Virus genome (UHGV): UHGV-1374396
Strand: one strand, 5' to 3'
From: a virus
Length of the DNA stretch: 64,000 bases
Part shown: piece by piece, positions 18,343 through 29,143 of the stretch
Layout of the letters: each line of letters opens with the position of its first letter
Position numbering within the stretch: position 1 is the first letter of the stretch
The notes under the pieces: generated by a model
Databases searched by the model: none
The model's input: only the letters and a program-made list of their open reading frames with translations
Told to the model about the DNA's origin: nothing
Position numbers and translations under genes: made by a program

Positions 18343-20373
18343 TTAATTACCTTTGTTTTTTGCCCAAGAATTTACGAACCGTTCAACATATTTCTTTATA
18401 TTACCGCTTCGTATTACTTGTTCTTTAAACTTATTATCCGATAACTTATTTCTACTATTCATAACAGCCACGTGGTCTTTACGTGTAGCTCCATGGCTAT
18501 CAACACTAATAGGGCTTTTTCCAGTTGCAGTCTTAGTAACCTGTATATCGTATAGCTCTCTAGTTAATACCTGTTTAACATCATCAACGTTCTTTAATGG
18601 TTTAGTGATATTTACTAACCAATCCACTTCGAAAGCGTCTAGATATAAGGTTTGTTTACCTCCTGATGTAGTTCCATTCTTTGGTTTACTACTATTATCA
18701 CCTTGCGGTGTTGGTTTAGGATATCTTGATTCTAGTTTGTTTTCTGAGTTTGTATTACTAGTTTCTTGTGTTGGTTGAGTAGACATCTCTGATGTACCTT
18801 CCGTTTTCTTCTTAGGCATACTACGTATTAATAAACATTCGGTTGTATAACCTGAGGAAGGTTCTAGTTTGTGTATTGCTTTTGCAATATACCATAAGCC
18901 AGAGTAATCTTTACTTACATTACTTAGGTATACCTGTTGACAAGTTTCTAAGTGTGGGTTACCTACAACTAATAGATTACATTCAAGACGTTTCTCTTTT
19001 TTATGTCTACCTAAATTGTTCTTGGCATTATTGAGAAAGTTACCTACATTTATTGGAGTATAGGGAGTACTTCTTGGTATACCACCATTGATTACCTTTG
19101 ATATGTCTTCATATACATCCATACCATAGTAACCTTTGAATTTTACTTTTACTACGGCCTTGTATTTCATATACATACCAGTTTCGAAGGCACTATACCA
19201 ATTACCGTTTGCTTGACGAGGTGTCATCCAACCTGTAACAGGTTTCCAAGTACCCGGGGTATAACCTACATATTCCCAACCTCTCGATATATTGGTTGCA
19301 AGTAACCTATTTACTGCTTCTCTAACCTTGGCATCCATTGCACCTTTACCGGGAGCTCCACTGTTTATAGCTTCTGCCGTTGGGCCAACTGTATTAGCTC
19401 CACTACTACCTGAATGTGCAAAATCATATATGGTTATGTACTTATAAAACTCTCCATATAATCCTCTTGATGTACCAGCTAATACTTTCTTACCATTGGC
19501 AACTTTGTATAGGAATTGTTTTGAAGCTTCTACTTCCCTTGGGTCAGCATTAGGGTTAGCTAATAATTGTTCATATCTCTTTAAGGCTTTATCTATTTCT
19601 GGGTTCTGTCTTCTAGCTAGATTAAGAGCTGCAGTTTTATCTATGTTATCTCTTACCTCTTTTTGTTTCAAAGCTATCTCTGCTGCTCTCTGTTCTTTAC
19701 TAGAAAACTTATGTCTCAACCTAGCCTGTTTTACATCGTTTCTTTCTCTTGTTCCTTTTGCATTAGATGCCTCTATTTCAACGCCTTGTCTATCAACTCT
19801 AGTCTTATCTGGTTGATGGGTTAAGTAGCCTTTAGTTTGGCTCTCTAATCTCTTCTTTGGTGCATTGTAATAGTTATCTAATTCCTTCCTCTCATCCATT
19901 TGAACTCTTATCTGTTCTTGTATAGAGTTCTGAAGGTTACCAACGAAACTTTGTAGACCCTTGGTAAGGTTATCAACGAAAGATTTCACAGAACCTAAGC
20001 TTTTATATTGCTCTACTTCTCTGAAAGTTGCGGTTAATACCTCACCGTTTTCTGATTGATATGAATAATAACTTACTGGCTCACTTGTATATCTTCTGTT
20101 GTGTATGTGTATTACACCATTTATCAAATCTATATACCAAGGCCCTCCTTCTAATAGGGTGAGTTTCTGTTTAAGTTGTACTAATACGTTAGTACCTGCA
20201 CTACCTATGGAACTATTTAGTATCTGTAATAATTCACCCGTAGGTTCTACTGGCGAAGTTGAAGCGAATCTGTTAGAGTATAAGATGGTACTCTTAAAGT
20301 CAGGCTCAATCCGAAGAGTAGCAGGTTGTACAGAACGAAATACTTCTTGGTTACTTACTAGTTTTTGATTCAT
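18343..20373 (-). CDS. tail/baseplate hub protein with gpD (late control D)-like C-terminal domain
   Basis: C-terminal LLVVGNPHLETCQQVYLSNVSKDYSGLWYIAKAIHKLEPSSGYTTECLL resembles the gpD family; charged K/R/E-rich coiled segment in the N-terminal half. Confidence 0.45.
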   Translation of the reverse strand: MNQKLVSNQEVFRSVQPATLRIEPDFKSTILYSNRFASTSPVEPTGELLQILNSSIGSAGTNVLVQLKQKLTLLEGGPWYIDLINGVIHIHNRRYTSEPVSYYSYQSENGEVLTATFREVEQYKSLGSVKSFVDNLTKGLQSFVGNLQNSIQEQIRVQMDERKELDNYYNAPKKRLESQTKGYLTHQPDKTRVDRQGVEIEASNAKGTRERNDVKQARLRHKFSSKEQRAAEIALKQKEVRDNIDKTAALNLARRQNPEIDKALKRYEQLLANPNADPREVEASKQFLYKVANGKKVLAGTSRGLYGEFYKYITIYDFAHSGSSGANTVGPTAEAINSGAPGKGAMDAKVREAVNRLLATNISRGWEYVGYTPGTWKPVTGWMTPRQANGNWYSAFETGMYMKYKAVVKVKFKGYYGMDVYEDISKVINGGIPRSTPYTPINVGNFLNNAKNNLGRHKKEKRLECNLLVVGNPHLETCQQVYLSNVSKDYSGLWYIAKAIHKLEPSSGYTTECLLIRSMPKKKTEGTSEMSTQPTQETSNTNSENKLESRYPKPTPQGDNSSKPKNGTTSGGKQTLYLDAFEVDWLVNITKPLKNVDDVKQVLTRELYDIQVTKTATGKSPISVDSHGATRKDHVAVMNSRNKLSDNKFKEQVIRSGNIKKYVERFVNSWAKNKGN

Positions 20374-20932
20374 CTATTGATACATTTACTGGTTCGTATT
20401 TCTCTATAACTATTGGTTGACCTACCTCAAAACCGTCATCCATAAAGTTTTTAAACGTATAACCTTCTGAAGATAGTTTAAATGGGCTCATCTTTCTCAA
20501 GTCACTGGTTTTATCTTTTAATAAAACACTAACGTGTGTGCCGGTTTGGTCGAATGTTACTTCTTTACCTTTTACTTGTAAACTGTATGTTTTAGATGAT
20601 TCGAATGAACCATCTGCAAATACATATCCATATTGTATTAATACATCTTCTCCACTTTTAATACCTGAAACATCTACTGTATCTGGGTTGCCAGTATCAA
20701 TAGTGAACTTACATTCGTTCTCTTGTTCCTGGTCTAATTTATATGAAAATGTTGATATATATTCACTTAACGGTAGACCTGAATTTGTCTCTATTATAGG
20801 TGTTTGGTCATCGTGGAATATAGCCAAATAAGGTGTACCTGTACCACTATAAAGTATATGACCTTGAGATCTAAATTCCCTATTAGATTGGTCGTTTCCT
20901 TTATTTGTAGTTTTATCCTTTACTTCTGCCAT
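20351..20932 (-). CDS. tail-module hypothetical protein (193 aa)
   Basis: ORF in tail operon, overlaps the downstream gene by 23 nt. Confidence 0.45.
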   Translation of the reverse strand: MAEVKDKTTNKGNDQSNREFRSQGHILYSGTGTPYLAIFHDDQTPIIETNSGLPLSEYISTFSYKLDQEQENECKFTIDTGNPDTVDVSGIKSGEDVLIQYGYVFADGSFESSKTYSLQVKGKEVTFDQTGTHVSVLLKDKTSDLRKMSPFKLSSEGYTFKNFMDDGFEVGQPIVIEKYEPVNVSIDESKTSK

Positions 20933-20943
20933 AGAAATTTATA

Positions 20944-21198
20944 TTATATAGGTATAATAATACTAGAATTAACCTGTATATTGAAAGGGTCATGTATATT
21001 ATTGATATCGGCAATATCTGCCCATCTACCGGAATCTCCAAAATATATAGCTGATATCTCTTGGAGAGTTTGACCTTCTAATACGGTATGTAAGATACCA
21101 GAATCTTCTAGGTTTGATGGCCATCTTTCTAATGATACATCATTGTTCTGGTATCTTACTCTATAGCTATTGCTGTGATAAGGTGAAGTTTTACTCAT
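20944..21198 (-). CDS. LysM-domain tail protein (P2 gpX-like)
   Basis: C-terminal TLQEISAIYFGDSGRWADIADINNIHDPFNIQVNSSIIIPI matches LysM; small size and position after the tape measure as in P2 gpX. Confidence 0.55.
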   Translation of the reverse strand: MSKTSPYHSNSYRVRYQNNDVSLERWPSNLEDSGILHTVLEGQTLQEISAIYFGDSGRWADIADINNIHDPFNIQVNSSIIIPI

Positions 21199-22225
21199 AC
21201 TTAATACCTTTCGTTAACTTTAGCATTTCCATAGATACTATCTCTGAATGCCTTAGGTTAGTTAAACTTACTCTCTTGAATATTAGTTCTTGTGTAGCTA
21301 CTGAAGGTTGTAATCCAGGTTGTTTGCCAACCTCTTTGAGCTTCTTAGTATTCTTATCGTAAGCCCTAGAAGCTACTCTCCAGTTAGATAATTTATAATC
21401 TGCTTTCACTAATATAAAGAACTGGTCCTTGAATACATCAGCTGAGCCCCATCGAATTTGTAATATCGGTGGAGCCTTAACATAACCATCAGCTTTAGAC
21501 CAAGCTTCAAGTAATCTACATTTAGTTAATACATCGTCTGGGTTATTTCTATCATCAGAGTACCAACTTATACTGAATGTTATCGAAGTTTCTGAACCAG
21601 TGTAATGGTACATAGGTAAGTTTCTACCCATAGAATTAATCACTGCCCAGGTATTTTCTGATGTGTGTTGTAATTCTGTTGGTATAGTTTGTAGTTCTAT
21701 ATACTGTAACTTTTCAGATGAGAAGTTAATTATCTGTATAGAGTTATCTTTACGTAATTGATTACCTAAGATACTTCTGTTGGTATGCTTTTCACTATCC
21801 TGTGACCAAGATGTTACTAATGGGTCTGAATCTCCAAGTACCCACATACCCTGATGAGCTGTACGGTTTAACCTTGCTGAATTACGATTCAGTATGTTAA
21901 CTACAGTACTTCTACTCTTCTTAGCAGCTATTAAATCATTCTTACTACTACCTTCTAGTGATTTAAATTGTTGACCGTACTTTACACTATTTCTCTTTGG
22001 GTCGAAAGACTTGGTAGATTGAGATGTAGTTACTCTGGCTAATGGTTTGGTAACTCTATCTAATAATATCTTGGCTCTCCATAATTTATTAAGAGGGCCT
22101 GATATAACTTCGCTAACGTTTTCATTAGCCAATATATCATTATACCCTTTTAATACTTTACCTACTGGAGTACCAATAGGGTGGTGTAACCCAGACCTAC
22201 GTTCTTCTAATATATGTTTTGCCAT
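21191..22225 (-). CDS. tail protein (distal-tail/DNA-circulation or gpU-like position)
   Basis: 344-aa ORF directly downstream of the tape measure gene; call by synteny only. Confidence 0.4.
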   Translation of the reverse strand: MAKHILEERRSGLHHPIGTPVGKVLKGYNDILANENVSEVISGPLNKLWRAKILLDRVTKPLARVTTSQSTKSFDPKRNSVKYGQQFKSLEGSSKNDLIAAKKSRSTVVNILNRNSARLNRTAHQGMWVLGDSDPLVTSWSQDSEKHTNRSILGNQLRKDNSIQIINFSSEKLQYIELQTIPTELQHTSENTWAVINSMGRNLPMYHYTGSETSITFSISWYSDDRNNPDDVLTKCRLLEAWSKADGYVKAPPILQIRWGSADVFKDQFFILVKADYKLSNWRVASRAYDKNTKKLKEVGKQPGLQPSVATQELIFKRVSLTNLRHSEIVSMEMLKLTKGIKYE

Positions 22226-22236
22226 ATTACATATTT

Positions 22237-24297
22237 TTAAAATCCATATAATGAATCATCAGAACCTCCTGACATAGGTAAGTTAGTTGATACTGTATCT
22301 CCATTGGTGAAAGTACCTAATGTCTGACCGTTTATATTAACTTGTATACGGGCTAAGGTACCATCTCTAACTGCTTTCTCTAATCTAGCCATTTCACTAG
22401 CTTCCTGTGCTGCCCTCTTTTCTTCTTCTGACCTGTGGTCGCCTTGTAACCAATCAAATATCATGGGTAAGAAAGATATTCCTGCAGTAATAGCTAATCC
22501 CCATGGACCACCTAAGAATCCCATTATACCTCTACCAACTGTACCAAGAACTCCGATACCAGCAGATACTCCTCTAATACCAGTTTGGATAGCTCTACTT
22601 GATGTACCTATCATAGAAGCCATACGTATACTTCTAGCTCTGTTTACTACCTCTGCTCCGTGTGTCATATTCTTAACACCACTAGCAACTGATGCTGCCG
22701 AAGCTGCTGTATTACCACCATATATTGAACCTACTGGTACAACTCTACCCATTGCATTGGTATATCTTGGGTTACCGTTCTTATCTATTGAGTATCTGTA
22801 ACCATTACCTAATGGTAAGAAAGGTTGACCATTCTTTGCTCTAGCTAGATTATTACCTACTACACCAGAATTAAATGCCATACGTTGTAACAATTCATTA
22901 CACATACGTAGGTGTAATTCTAGAGCAGTAGATGCTGCTCCTGTTCCTCTTACAGCGGTTAATGTTTTTGTTGCATTACTTGCAGTTGATAAGAAGTCTC
23001 CTCTTATCACTCTTAGGCTCATTTTTATAAAGCCTAAAGCTGCACGAGCAGTACCAAAGAATATACCTATACCAACTCCGGATATTAACCATTTACCAAA
23101 ACCTGATTGGCTTATACTATCCATGATATTGGCTACATTGGACATTACCCTCATTATTGGTATAAATACGTTTGATAAAGCAGCTCCTATGTTTACTTTC
23201 AAGTTTTCAAATGCAGAGTTCAATGTATCTATTCTACCTTGGGGTGTATTTAGATAATCTTGCATTGATTTATCCAGGGTACCTGTAGAACCCTTTATCT
23301 TATTTAATAATGATAGATATTCTTTGCTACCATTATTAACATCTTCGATAAGAATACTTGCAGCACGCAAACCTCTTGTACCAAATAAACCTTGTAGAGC
23401 AGAGAATCTATCTACAGAGTTAAGGTGATTAGTTGCACTGGCTACCTTCTGTAAAATCTCTTGTAGTGGTAAAGCATTACCTGCAGCATCAGTGAAATCC
23501 TTCTTTGTAAGGCCCATGAGTTTCATGGCATTTCCACCAGTCTTAGTTTGTCCTGTGATACCTTTTAACATCTGGCTTATGGCTTGTGCAAAGTTAGTAC
23601 CAGCCATTGAACCTTGAATACCTCGGTTACCAAGTACACCAATATAGGCAGATAGTTGTTGATAATCTACACCGGCTATCTTTGCAGTAGAAGCAGAGTA
23701 TTTGATTGATTGAGCTAAGTCCTGTAATGACATATTAGCAGAAGTGGTAGCAGTAAACATACCATCTGCAATTTCGGTTGCTCTACTAGCTTCTATGTTA
23801 AAGGTAGACATGATATTAGTCATCAAGTCGGCAGTACCTCCTTTACCTCCGATATCCATATCGAAGATGGCTGCTAGTTGAGCTGCAGGTTCTGAAGCTT
23901 CTTTGATTTTATCAAATGTCATACCGGCCATAGCCATAAACTTCTGACCTGAGGTTATATCCTGAGCTGTTAGAGGGTTTCGTAAGTTTATCTCCTGAGC
24001 TGACTTCATCAAATCAGCTTGGTGATTCATACCATCATTTATCATGGTATTAGTTAGCCAGGTATTTTTCTGAACTTGGGCAGAGTACTCGAAAGCTTCT
24101 TTCATAGAGTTAATCATACCTATACCCATATTTAGGTTATTAGTATAGGCTCCGGTTAATCCTCTCTGATAAGTACCGATATCACCAAGCATTTTATTCC
24201 AACTAGAGACAACATTGCCTGCCGGTCCAGAAAAATGATCCTGTAATACCATTGATACACCAACATTTATCAATGCTGAATTACTTGAACTAAACAT
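22237..24297 (-). CDS. tail tape measure protein
   Basis: 686 aa, G/A/S/T/M-rich low-complexity segments with hydrophobic GxxxG-type stretches; located between chaperone-position gene and baseplate genes. Confidence 0.65.
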   Translation of the reverse strand: MFSSSNSALINVGVSMVLQDHFSGPAGNVVSSWNKMLGDIGTYQRGLTGAYTNNLNMGIGMINSMKEAFEYSAQVQKNTWLTNTMINDGMNHQADLMKSAQEINLRNPLTAQDITSGQKFMAMAGMTFDKIKEASEPAAQLAAIFDMDIGGKGGTADLMTNIMSTFNIEASRATEIADGMFTATTSANMSLQDLAQSIKYSASTAKIAGVDYQQLSAYIGVLGNRGIQGSMAGTNFAQAISQMLKGITGQTKTGGNAMKLMGLTKKDFTDAAGNALPLQEILQKVASATNHLNSVDRFSALQGLFGTRGLRAASILIEDVNNGSKEYLSLLNKIKGSTGTLDKSMQDYLNTPQGRIDTLNSAFENLKVNIGAALSNVFIPIMRVMSNVANIMDSISQSGFGKWLISGVGIGIFFGTARAALGFIKMSLRVIRGDFLSTASNATKTLTAVRGTGAASTALELHLRMCNELLQRMAFNSGVVGNNLARAKNGQPFLPLGNGYRYSIDKNGNPRYTNAMGRVVPVGSIYGGNTAASAASVASGVKNMTHGAEVVNRARSIRMASMIGTSSRAIQTGIRGVSAGIGVLGTVGRGIMGFLGGPWGLAITAGISFLPMIFDWLQGDHRSEEEKRAAQEASEMARLEKAVRDGTLARIQVNINGQTLGTFTNGDTVSTNLPMSGGSDDSLYGF

Positions 24298-24393
24298 ATT
24301 ATTTATGTGTTTTACTTAGTTTATCTCTATATTCATAATAAGCCTCTGCAGCTTTTCGGAATTGTTCTCTTACCCTCAACGGAAGACGCAAAA

Positions 24394-24425
24394 AGCAGAA
24401 ATAGTCTCCGACAACTATTTCTGCT
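24394..24425. other. perfect 12-bp-stem hairpin (AGCAGAAATAGT-N8-ACTATTTCTGCT) in the chaperone-tape measure intergenic region
   Basis: Seen directly; lies in a 192-bp gap between ORFs 24490..25269 and 22237..24297. Confidence 0.5.
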
Positions 24426-24489
24426 CTCTGTATGTATATAAATTGGGCTACGATTGAACTGTGTACATCTTTGCCATTGTCATCGTCTA

Positions 24490-25269
24490 CTACGCTTCCG
24501 TCAGAAAGAAAAAACGAGGTGCTCCTATGATAGAATACTTAGCCTTTTCTCCTGTTCTTGGGTTTTCTATATCAGTTACACCGGTAAATACTGGGTCTAT
24601 GGTTGATACTATTTCTCGTATCTCTGCCATATCTTTAATTGAGAATAGATTAAATCTTTCAACTCTTTCCCATTTTTCTCCTACCAATAGCATTAGATTA
24701 CGAGCTAATAGGTCTGAGTTTCTTGTTTGTTTCTCTAATGGCATAGTAACTAGATATTTCTCTGCATTACCATCCATTAGGTCAAACTTAATTTGTTTAC
24801 CTGATTCTAGTGTAGCTGCATATCCTTTGAAACCTAATTCCAAGCAAGCTTCTCTAGCTGGGTAGAAAGGTATAGCATTGGGCTTTTCGTTAATCTCTTC
24901 TTCAGTGATGTCCTTTGAATAATCCAATAACATTTCTCTTAAATCTTGAGAGTAGTATGTAGGTACACTTTCACCTGGCCATACATATTGGAATTCAACC
25001 TCTTCTCCTAAGGAGAATATTCTTGATTGGAACAAGATAGCGTATCTGTCCAATAAAGGCATATCCAAGGCATCTTGAATACTTAGTTTACGTCTAGTAG
25101 TATAATCTGTATCTACTACGATTGAGGCAATGAATTTAGTGATATTCATCAACCCTTTAGCATCAGCTGGGTTTGATAGAATTTCTTCGTCTTCACCATT
25201 CTCCTCACGAATTGTGTAACTGTACCCAGATGGGGCAATAAATTGAAATGTTCTTAATTGTTCTTCCAT
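24490..25269 (-). CDS. tail assembly chaperone candidate (position-based)
   Basis: 259-aa acidic ORF between the tube and tape measure genes, the canonical chaperone position. Confidence 0.35.
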   Translation of the reverse strand: MEEQLRTFQFIAPSGYSYTIREENGEDEEILSNPADAKGLMNITKFIASIVVDTDYTTRRKLSIQDALDMPLLDRYAILFQSRIFSLGEEVEFQYVWPGESVPTYYSQDLREMLLDYSKDITEEEINEKPNAIPFYPAREACLELGFKGYAATLESGKQIKFDLMDGNAEKYLVTMPLEKQTRNSDLLARNLMLLVGEKWERVERFNLFSIKDMAEIREIVSTIDPVFTGVTDIENPRTGEKAKYSIIGAPRFFFLTEA

Positions 25270-25346
25270 GTTTAATATGTCTGTTTGGTTGTTAATAACA
25301 AGAAAAGGTAAGTCCTGGTTAATACCCAGAGCCTACCTTTAATATC

Positions 25347-25811
25347 TTAATACTGATCTACAGTTCCTACAGAGAACTCGATTCTTTCGATAGTATTTTC
25401 TGAAGCAGTTCTATCGAAGTTGATACCATCAACCTTAGTTGGCCAAACTTCTTCAAGGTGCCACGTATTAAGTACTGTAGTACCATCTTCTGCTAGTTCG
25501 TTAACTATTGCAGTTTCCCAGTAATCAGAAGGAACTAATCCACCTCCTAATATGGGATCTTGAGCAGAGAACAACCAGTCCCAAATCCAGGTATCAGAAC
25601 CCGATGTTACTTTTAATTTCTCTACTTTCATATTGCCTACCTTAACTCGACCGGCAGTTTTAACATCTCTATTAATGTCTCCGTGTTCTACCTGGTCAAC
25701 TGTAATATCTGGCAAATCACATTTCTGGCACAGATAAGTATTGATTGGGTGTTTTGGGAAACTAATTGAGAATAGAAACTTTTTACGAGGGTTTTTAACT
25801 TTTGCTCCCAT
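25347..25811 (-). CDS. tail tube protein candidate
   Basis: 154-aa ORF immediately downstream of the sheath-size gene; size and position typical of contractile-tail tube. Confidence 0.45.
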   Translation of the reverse strand: MGAKVKNPRKKFLFSISFPKHPINTYLCQKCDLPDITVDQVEHGDINRDVKTAGRVKVGNMKVEKLKVTSGSDTWIWDWLFSAQDPILGGGLVPSDYWETAIVNELAEDGTTVLNTWHLEEVWPTKVDGINFDRTASENTIERIEFSVGTVDQY

Positions 25812-25822
25812 TCTAGTATATT

Positions 25823-27511
25823 TTATTTAGTTGTTGTTGAATTATTATTCACATCCATAGTAATTGATTTACTAGCTTTCTCAAGAACTACATCTACGTT
25901 AATTTGTTGCATAGATACAATGTCCTTGAATGAGAAGATAATATGGTACTTACCTTGGCGTACATCTTCTTCGGTATTTACCTTTAAATCTTTCCAAGAT
26001 GAAGCATGTTGGTCACCTTGCCATACTGGGTCAGTTAAAGCATTATTATCTACCCAAGAACTGATTAGTGGTTTAACTCTTGCATAGATGTCTGCCCAAG
26101 TGTTCCAGATATTAGGTTCTTCTATATAAGACTCTAATATAGGTCTTAGGGTCTTCTTTATATTAAGGATAAGTCCAGTGTTGCCTATGAAACGGAATGA
26201 ATCCTGTTTTACTTGTGATGTAAAGTTATGCCATAGGACTGTACGTTTTCCAAAGCTAGGTGTATCTTTTACTACGAAGATGTTGATGTAGTTGTTAGCT
26301 AATAACTCCAAATCATTAGTTCTAGCTGGAGAACCGAAGTTAGCAACCGCAGGACCTGCAGCATCACTAACAACTCCTCGGTTTACTCCGGCAAATGAAT
26401 AGTTATATCCAAAACCAGTAGCAGATGAATCCGCTAAACCTAATACTGTACCGAGAACATCAGCATTCTGAGGTAGTCCGAAAGAGTTTGCATATTTTAA
26501 TCCTCCTGCGAAGTAAGATATCCACTTTGAATGGCCTATTGCTGCTTGCAATTGTGAAGCTGCCTGAACTATTTTCTCTAAAGTTTTTGGTGTTACTTTA
26601 TCAGAATCATACCAAGGTATCTCAATGTATGATCTGAACTCATTTACTTCATCAAGTAGTTGTCTCAACTTGATATACACTTTTAGAGATTCAGATGTTC
26701 CTAAGTGTTGGTCGATATGAGATAGTCCTACGTTGTAGCTATCAGTGTAGTCCTTTACAAACTCCAAAGCATTTATCCATTCTGCACTAGTAGCAGCTGA
26801 AGTTTCTGCTTTACCAATAGTACCAGCAGCAGTTGCAGCCTTGATAACTACAGCTATTGCAGTTGCAGTGTTATCTATTTTAGCTAATCTGTTAAGGAAT
26901 GATTCTACAGATACAGCTTCAGCTTCAGCTTCGGCATTCATTTTAACCATACTTACCTTGAAGTAGTTATTGTTTTGAATCCAATTTGCCAAAGCAAGGT
27001 AATCTACTGATGTAAGGTTATTAGCATCCTTTGTTTTATATGTGAATATTGGTCCAGCTTCAACTGTGGTACCGTTGCCACCAATCACTTCATAATATAA
27101 AGTGTTATTGTTTGTGGTAAATTTAACACTGAAGGTATCAGATGTACCAATAGGTTCTCCAGCTCTACGAGTAGTTAGTTTAACACCAACAGTAACATTA
27201 TCAGCTTGGATAGTGAAACAAGGTTTATTCAAGTTTACTGCACCTGGTTGTGAACCTGGTCCAACAACTCTAACGATTCTTAACTTTGAACCACCCATTA
27301 GGGCAGCCTGTATATTAGACATAGAACCATCTGGTACTATTTCTTCACCAAACACTCTAGCAAAGTGAGTAGTTGAATTGATTAATACAGATGGGTCTAG
27401 TACTGGGCCTTTAGTAGTACGGGCCAGTACTGTTGATACTCCATTTACAGGAGTACTTACTTCAACGTTATTATTGATAAAGTTGAAGTTAATCTTTGGT
27501 GTACTAGACAT
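25823..27511 (-). CDS. tail sheath protein candidate
   Basis: 562-aa ORF heading the sheath-tube-chaperone-tape measure order; called by size and synteny, no family signature recognised by eye. Confidence 0.5.
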   Translation of the reverse strand: MSSTPKINFNFINNNVEVSTPVNGVSTVLARTTKGPVLDPSVLINSTTHFARVFGEEIVPDGSMSNIQAALMGGSKLRIVRVVGPGSQPGAVNLNKPCFTIQADNVTVGVKLTTRRAGEPIGTSDTFSVKFTTNNNTLYYEVIGGNGTTVEAGPIFTYKTKDANNLTSVDYLALANWIQNNNYFKVSMVKMNAEAEAEAVSVESFLNRLAKIDNTATAIAVVIKAATAAGTIGKAETSAATSAEWINALEFVKDYTDSYNVGLSHIDQHLGTSESLKVYIKLRQLLDEVNEFRSYIEIPWYDSDKVTPKTLEKIVQAASQLQAAIGHSKWISYFAGGLKYANSFGLPQNADVLGTVLGLADSSATGFGYNYSFAGVNRGVVSDAAGPAVANFGSPARTNDLELLANNYINIFVVKDTPSFGKRTVLWHNFTSQVKQDSFRFIGNTGLILNIKKTLRPILESYIEEPNIWNTWADIYARVKPLISSWVDNNALTDPVWQGDQHASSWKDLKVNTEEDVRQGKYHIIFSFKDIVSMQQINVDVVLEKASKSITMDVNNNSTTTK

Positions 27512-27557
27512 TTTTACTTATTTTTAAATGTTATTTAATAAATACATTTGAGTATCG

Positions 27558-28262
27558 TTATATACCCTTTACATCTAACTCTACACTGCTTATATTACTG
27601 TTTAATAAGGTTGATATATCCTTTATAGGTTTTATGATATCTTGGTTTGACTTCTCTAGAAGTAAGCCATCTTTAACATGATAAGCATATACCTTTTCTA
27701 GCATACCATGTGTTAAGTCAGGCATATCATAATAATTACCTATCTCTATAAATAGATTACCGCTTGGTGATAGAGTTCCTTTTCTCCATTCTTTAAGGTC
27801 ATTGAAATAAGGTTTTATGTAACCTACTGCAGGTAATGCTCTGTACATAATATCGTGTAGCACCCTCATTTGATTTTGAGTATCTGCCACTAGGTGTACG
27901 TCTATTACTGTATCTTTACTAGTAAAATCATATTCTACAGTTTGGAAACCATCATTATCTCCCTCTAATTTCTCTAGTTCATATTTATTTAAGCCTATAT
28001 CTCCAGGATAGTAAGCTTTTAATTCTACTGTAATTCTAGGGTTATCTTTTATACCTCTAGATTGGTTATTACCTATACCAAATACGTATACGAACTTATC
28101 ACCTATTCGCTCCTTATCAGCTTTGTATTTGTCATATAACTCTTTAGTTGGTGCACCGTCTACTAAGTAATCTTCAGGGTTAATGGTTAAACCTTTGTTG
28201 ATTGCCTCATGTAAAAGGGATACATAAAAAGTTCTTTCTATTATTTCTTCTGATGTTACCAT
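27558..28262 (-). CDS. structural hypothetical protein (neck/tail-completion position)
   Basis: 234-aa ORF between head and tail modules. Confidence 0.4.
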   Translation of the reverse strand: MVTSEEIIERTFYVSLLHEAINKGLTINPEDYLVDGAPTKELYDKYKADKERIGDKFVYVFGIGNNQSRGIKDNPRITVELKAYYPGDIGLNKYELEKLEGDNDGFQTVEYDFTSKDTVIDVHLVADTQNQMRVLHDIMYRALPAVGYIKPYFNDLKEWRKGTLSPSGNLFIEIGNYYDMPDLTHGMLEKVYAYHVKDGLLLEKSNQDIIKPIKDISTLLNSNISSVELDVKGI

Positions 28263-28265
28263 AGG

Positions 28266-28535
28266 CTATCTTTTTGGTATGTACTCTACTGGGATAGTTA
28301 AAACAGTTTGACCTTTTACCTTTATAACTATCGTCTTCTTAACTTTTAAATTATTCGAAGTGATATCAGATTTGTTAGGGTATAAAGGTCCTGGACCTAT
28401 ACCTTCCAATAGTACTGATATACTTCCTTTACCTCTACCAGATTGATTAACAAGTGAAAACTTTATATCTCGAAATCTTGGTTGTCCTAGATTGTTTTCA
28501 CTTATACCATTACCTGTAGTTGATTCTCCATTCAT
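28266..28535 (-). CDS. structural hypothetical protein (89 aa)
   Basis: ORF overlapping the upstream gene by 4 nt. Confidence 0.4.
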   Translation of the reverse strand: MNGESTTGNGISENNLGQPRFRDIKFSLVNQSGRGKGSISVLLEGIGPGPLYPNKSDITSNNLKVKKTIVIKVKGQTVLTIPVEYIPKR

Positions 28536-29086
28536 TTTGTATACCTCCTTACTTTACTTCTTATTACTTTTATTAATTCTGATTTAAACTTCTCTTTACC
28601 ACCTACAGATTTAAATAGAGGTGCCCAGAGAGGTCTTGGTGGTATTCTACCTGAGTGATCACCATACTCTAAAACTTTGGCTACATTACTAAGACTAATG
28701 CGGTATTTTGCATTATCAGGTCTAGTTTTAATTGTAGAACTTGGTACTCCCACATATATATTACGACCTCTTCTTCTAACAGCTATAGAGCGGTAGTACT
28801 GAGAAGACCAATATAAAAGTGTGTGGGCCCCCAATTGTTTTATTGTAGATTCTGTGTGAGGTGGCCAAGATACACCTGAACCGCTTGGTGGCATACCTTG
28901 CCTCAGACATTTTTTAGCCATTCTTGATAAACGTTCACCAAACTTATAAGCTGCTTCTTCGTATGAACTTGTAAATATATGAGGTATATTCTTAAGTAAA
29001 TTTGTAGCTTTAGCTTGTTGAGTAGGATTTACGTATATCTTTAAATCACCAACTGCAGTTGGTAGTGTAATACCTAATGATGGCAT
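28532..29086 (-). CDS. structural hypothetical protein (184 aa, basic)
   Basis: ORF in head-tail joining region. Confidence 0.4.
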   Translation of the reverse strand: MPSLGITLPTAVGDLKIYVNPTQQAKATNLLKNIPHIFTSSYEEAAYKFGERLSRMAKKCLRQGMPPSGSGVSWPPHTESTIKQLGAHTLLYWSSQYYRSIAVRRRGRNIYVGVPSSTIKTRPDNAKYRISLSNVAKVLEYGDHSGRIPPRPLWAPLFKSVGGKEKFKSELIKVIRSKVRRYTK

Positions 29087-29104
29087 ATGTTGAATTACAT
29101 ACTA

Positions 29105-29140
29105 ATGAAGCCTACTAGATATTACACTAATAGGCTTCAT
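29105..29140. terminator. 10-bp perfect-stem hairpin (ATGAAGCCTA-N16-TAGGCTTCAT) downstream of the membrane-protein gene
   Basis: Seen directly, between the stop at 29144 and the start at 29086. Confidence 0.4.
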
Positions 29141-29143
29141 GCG

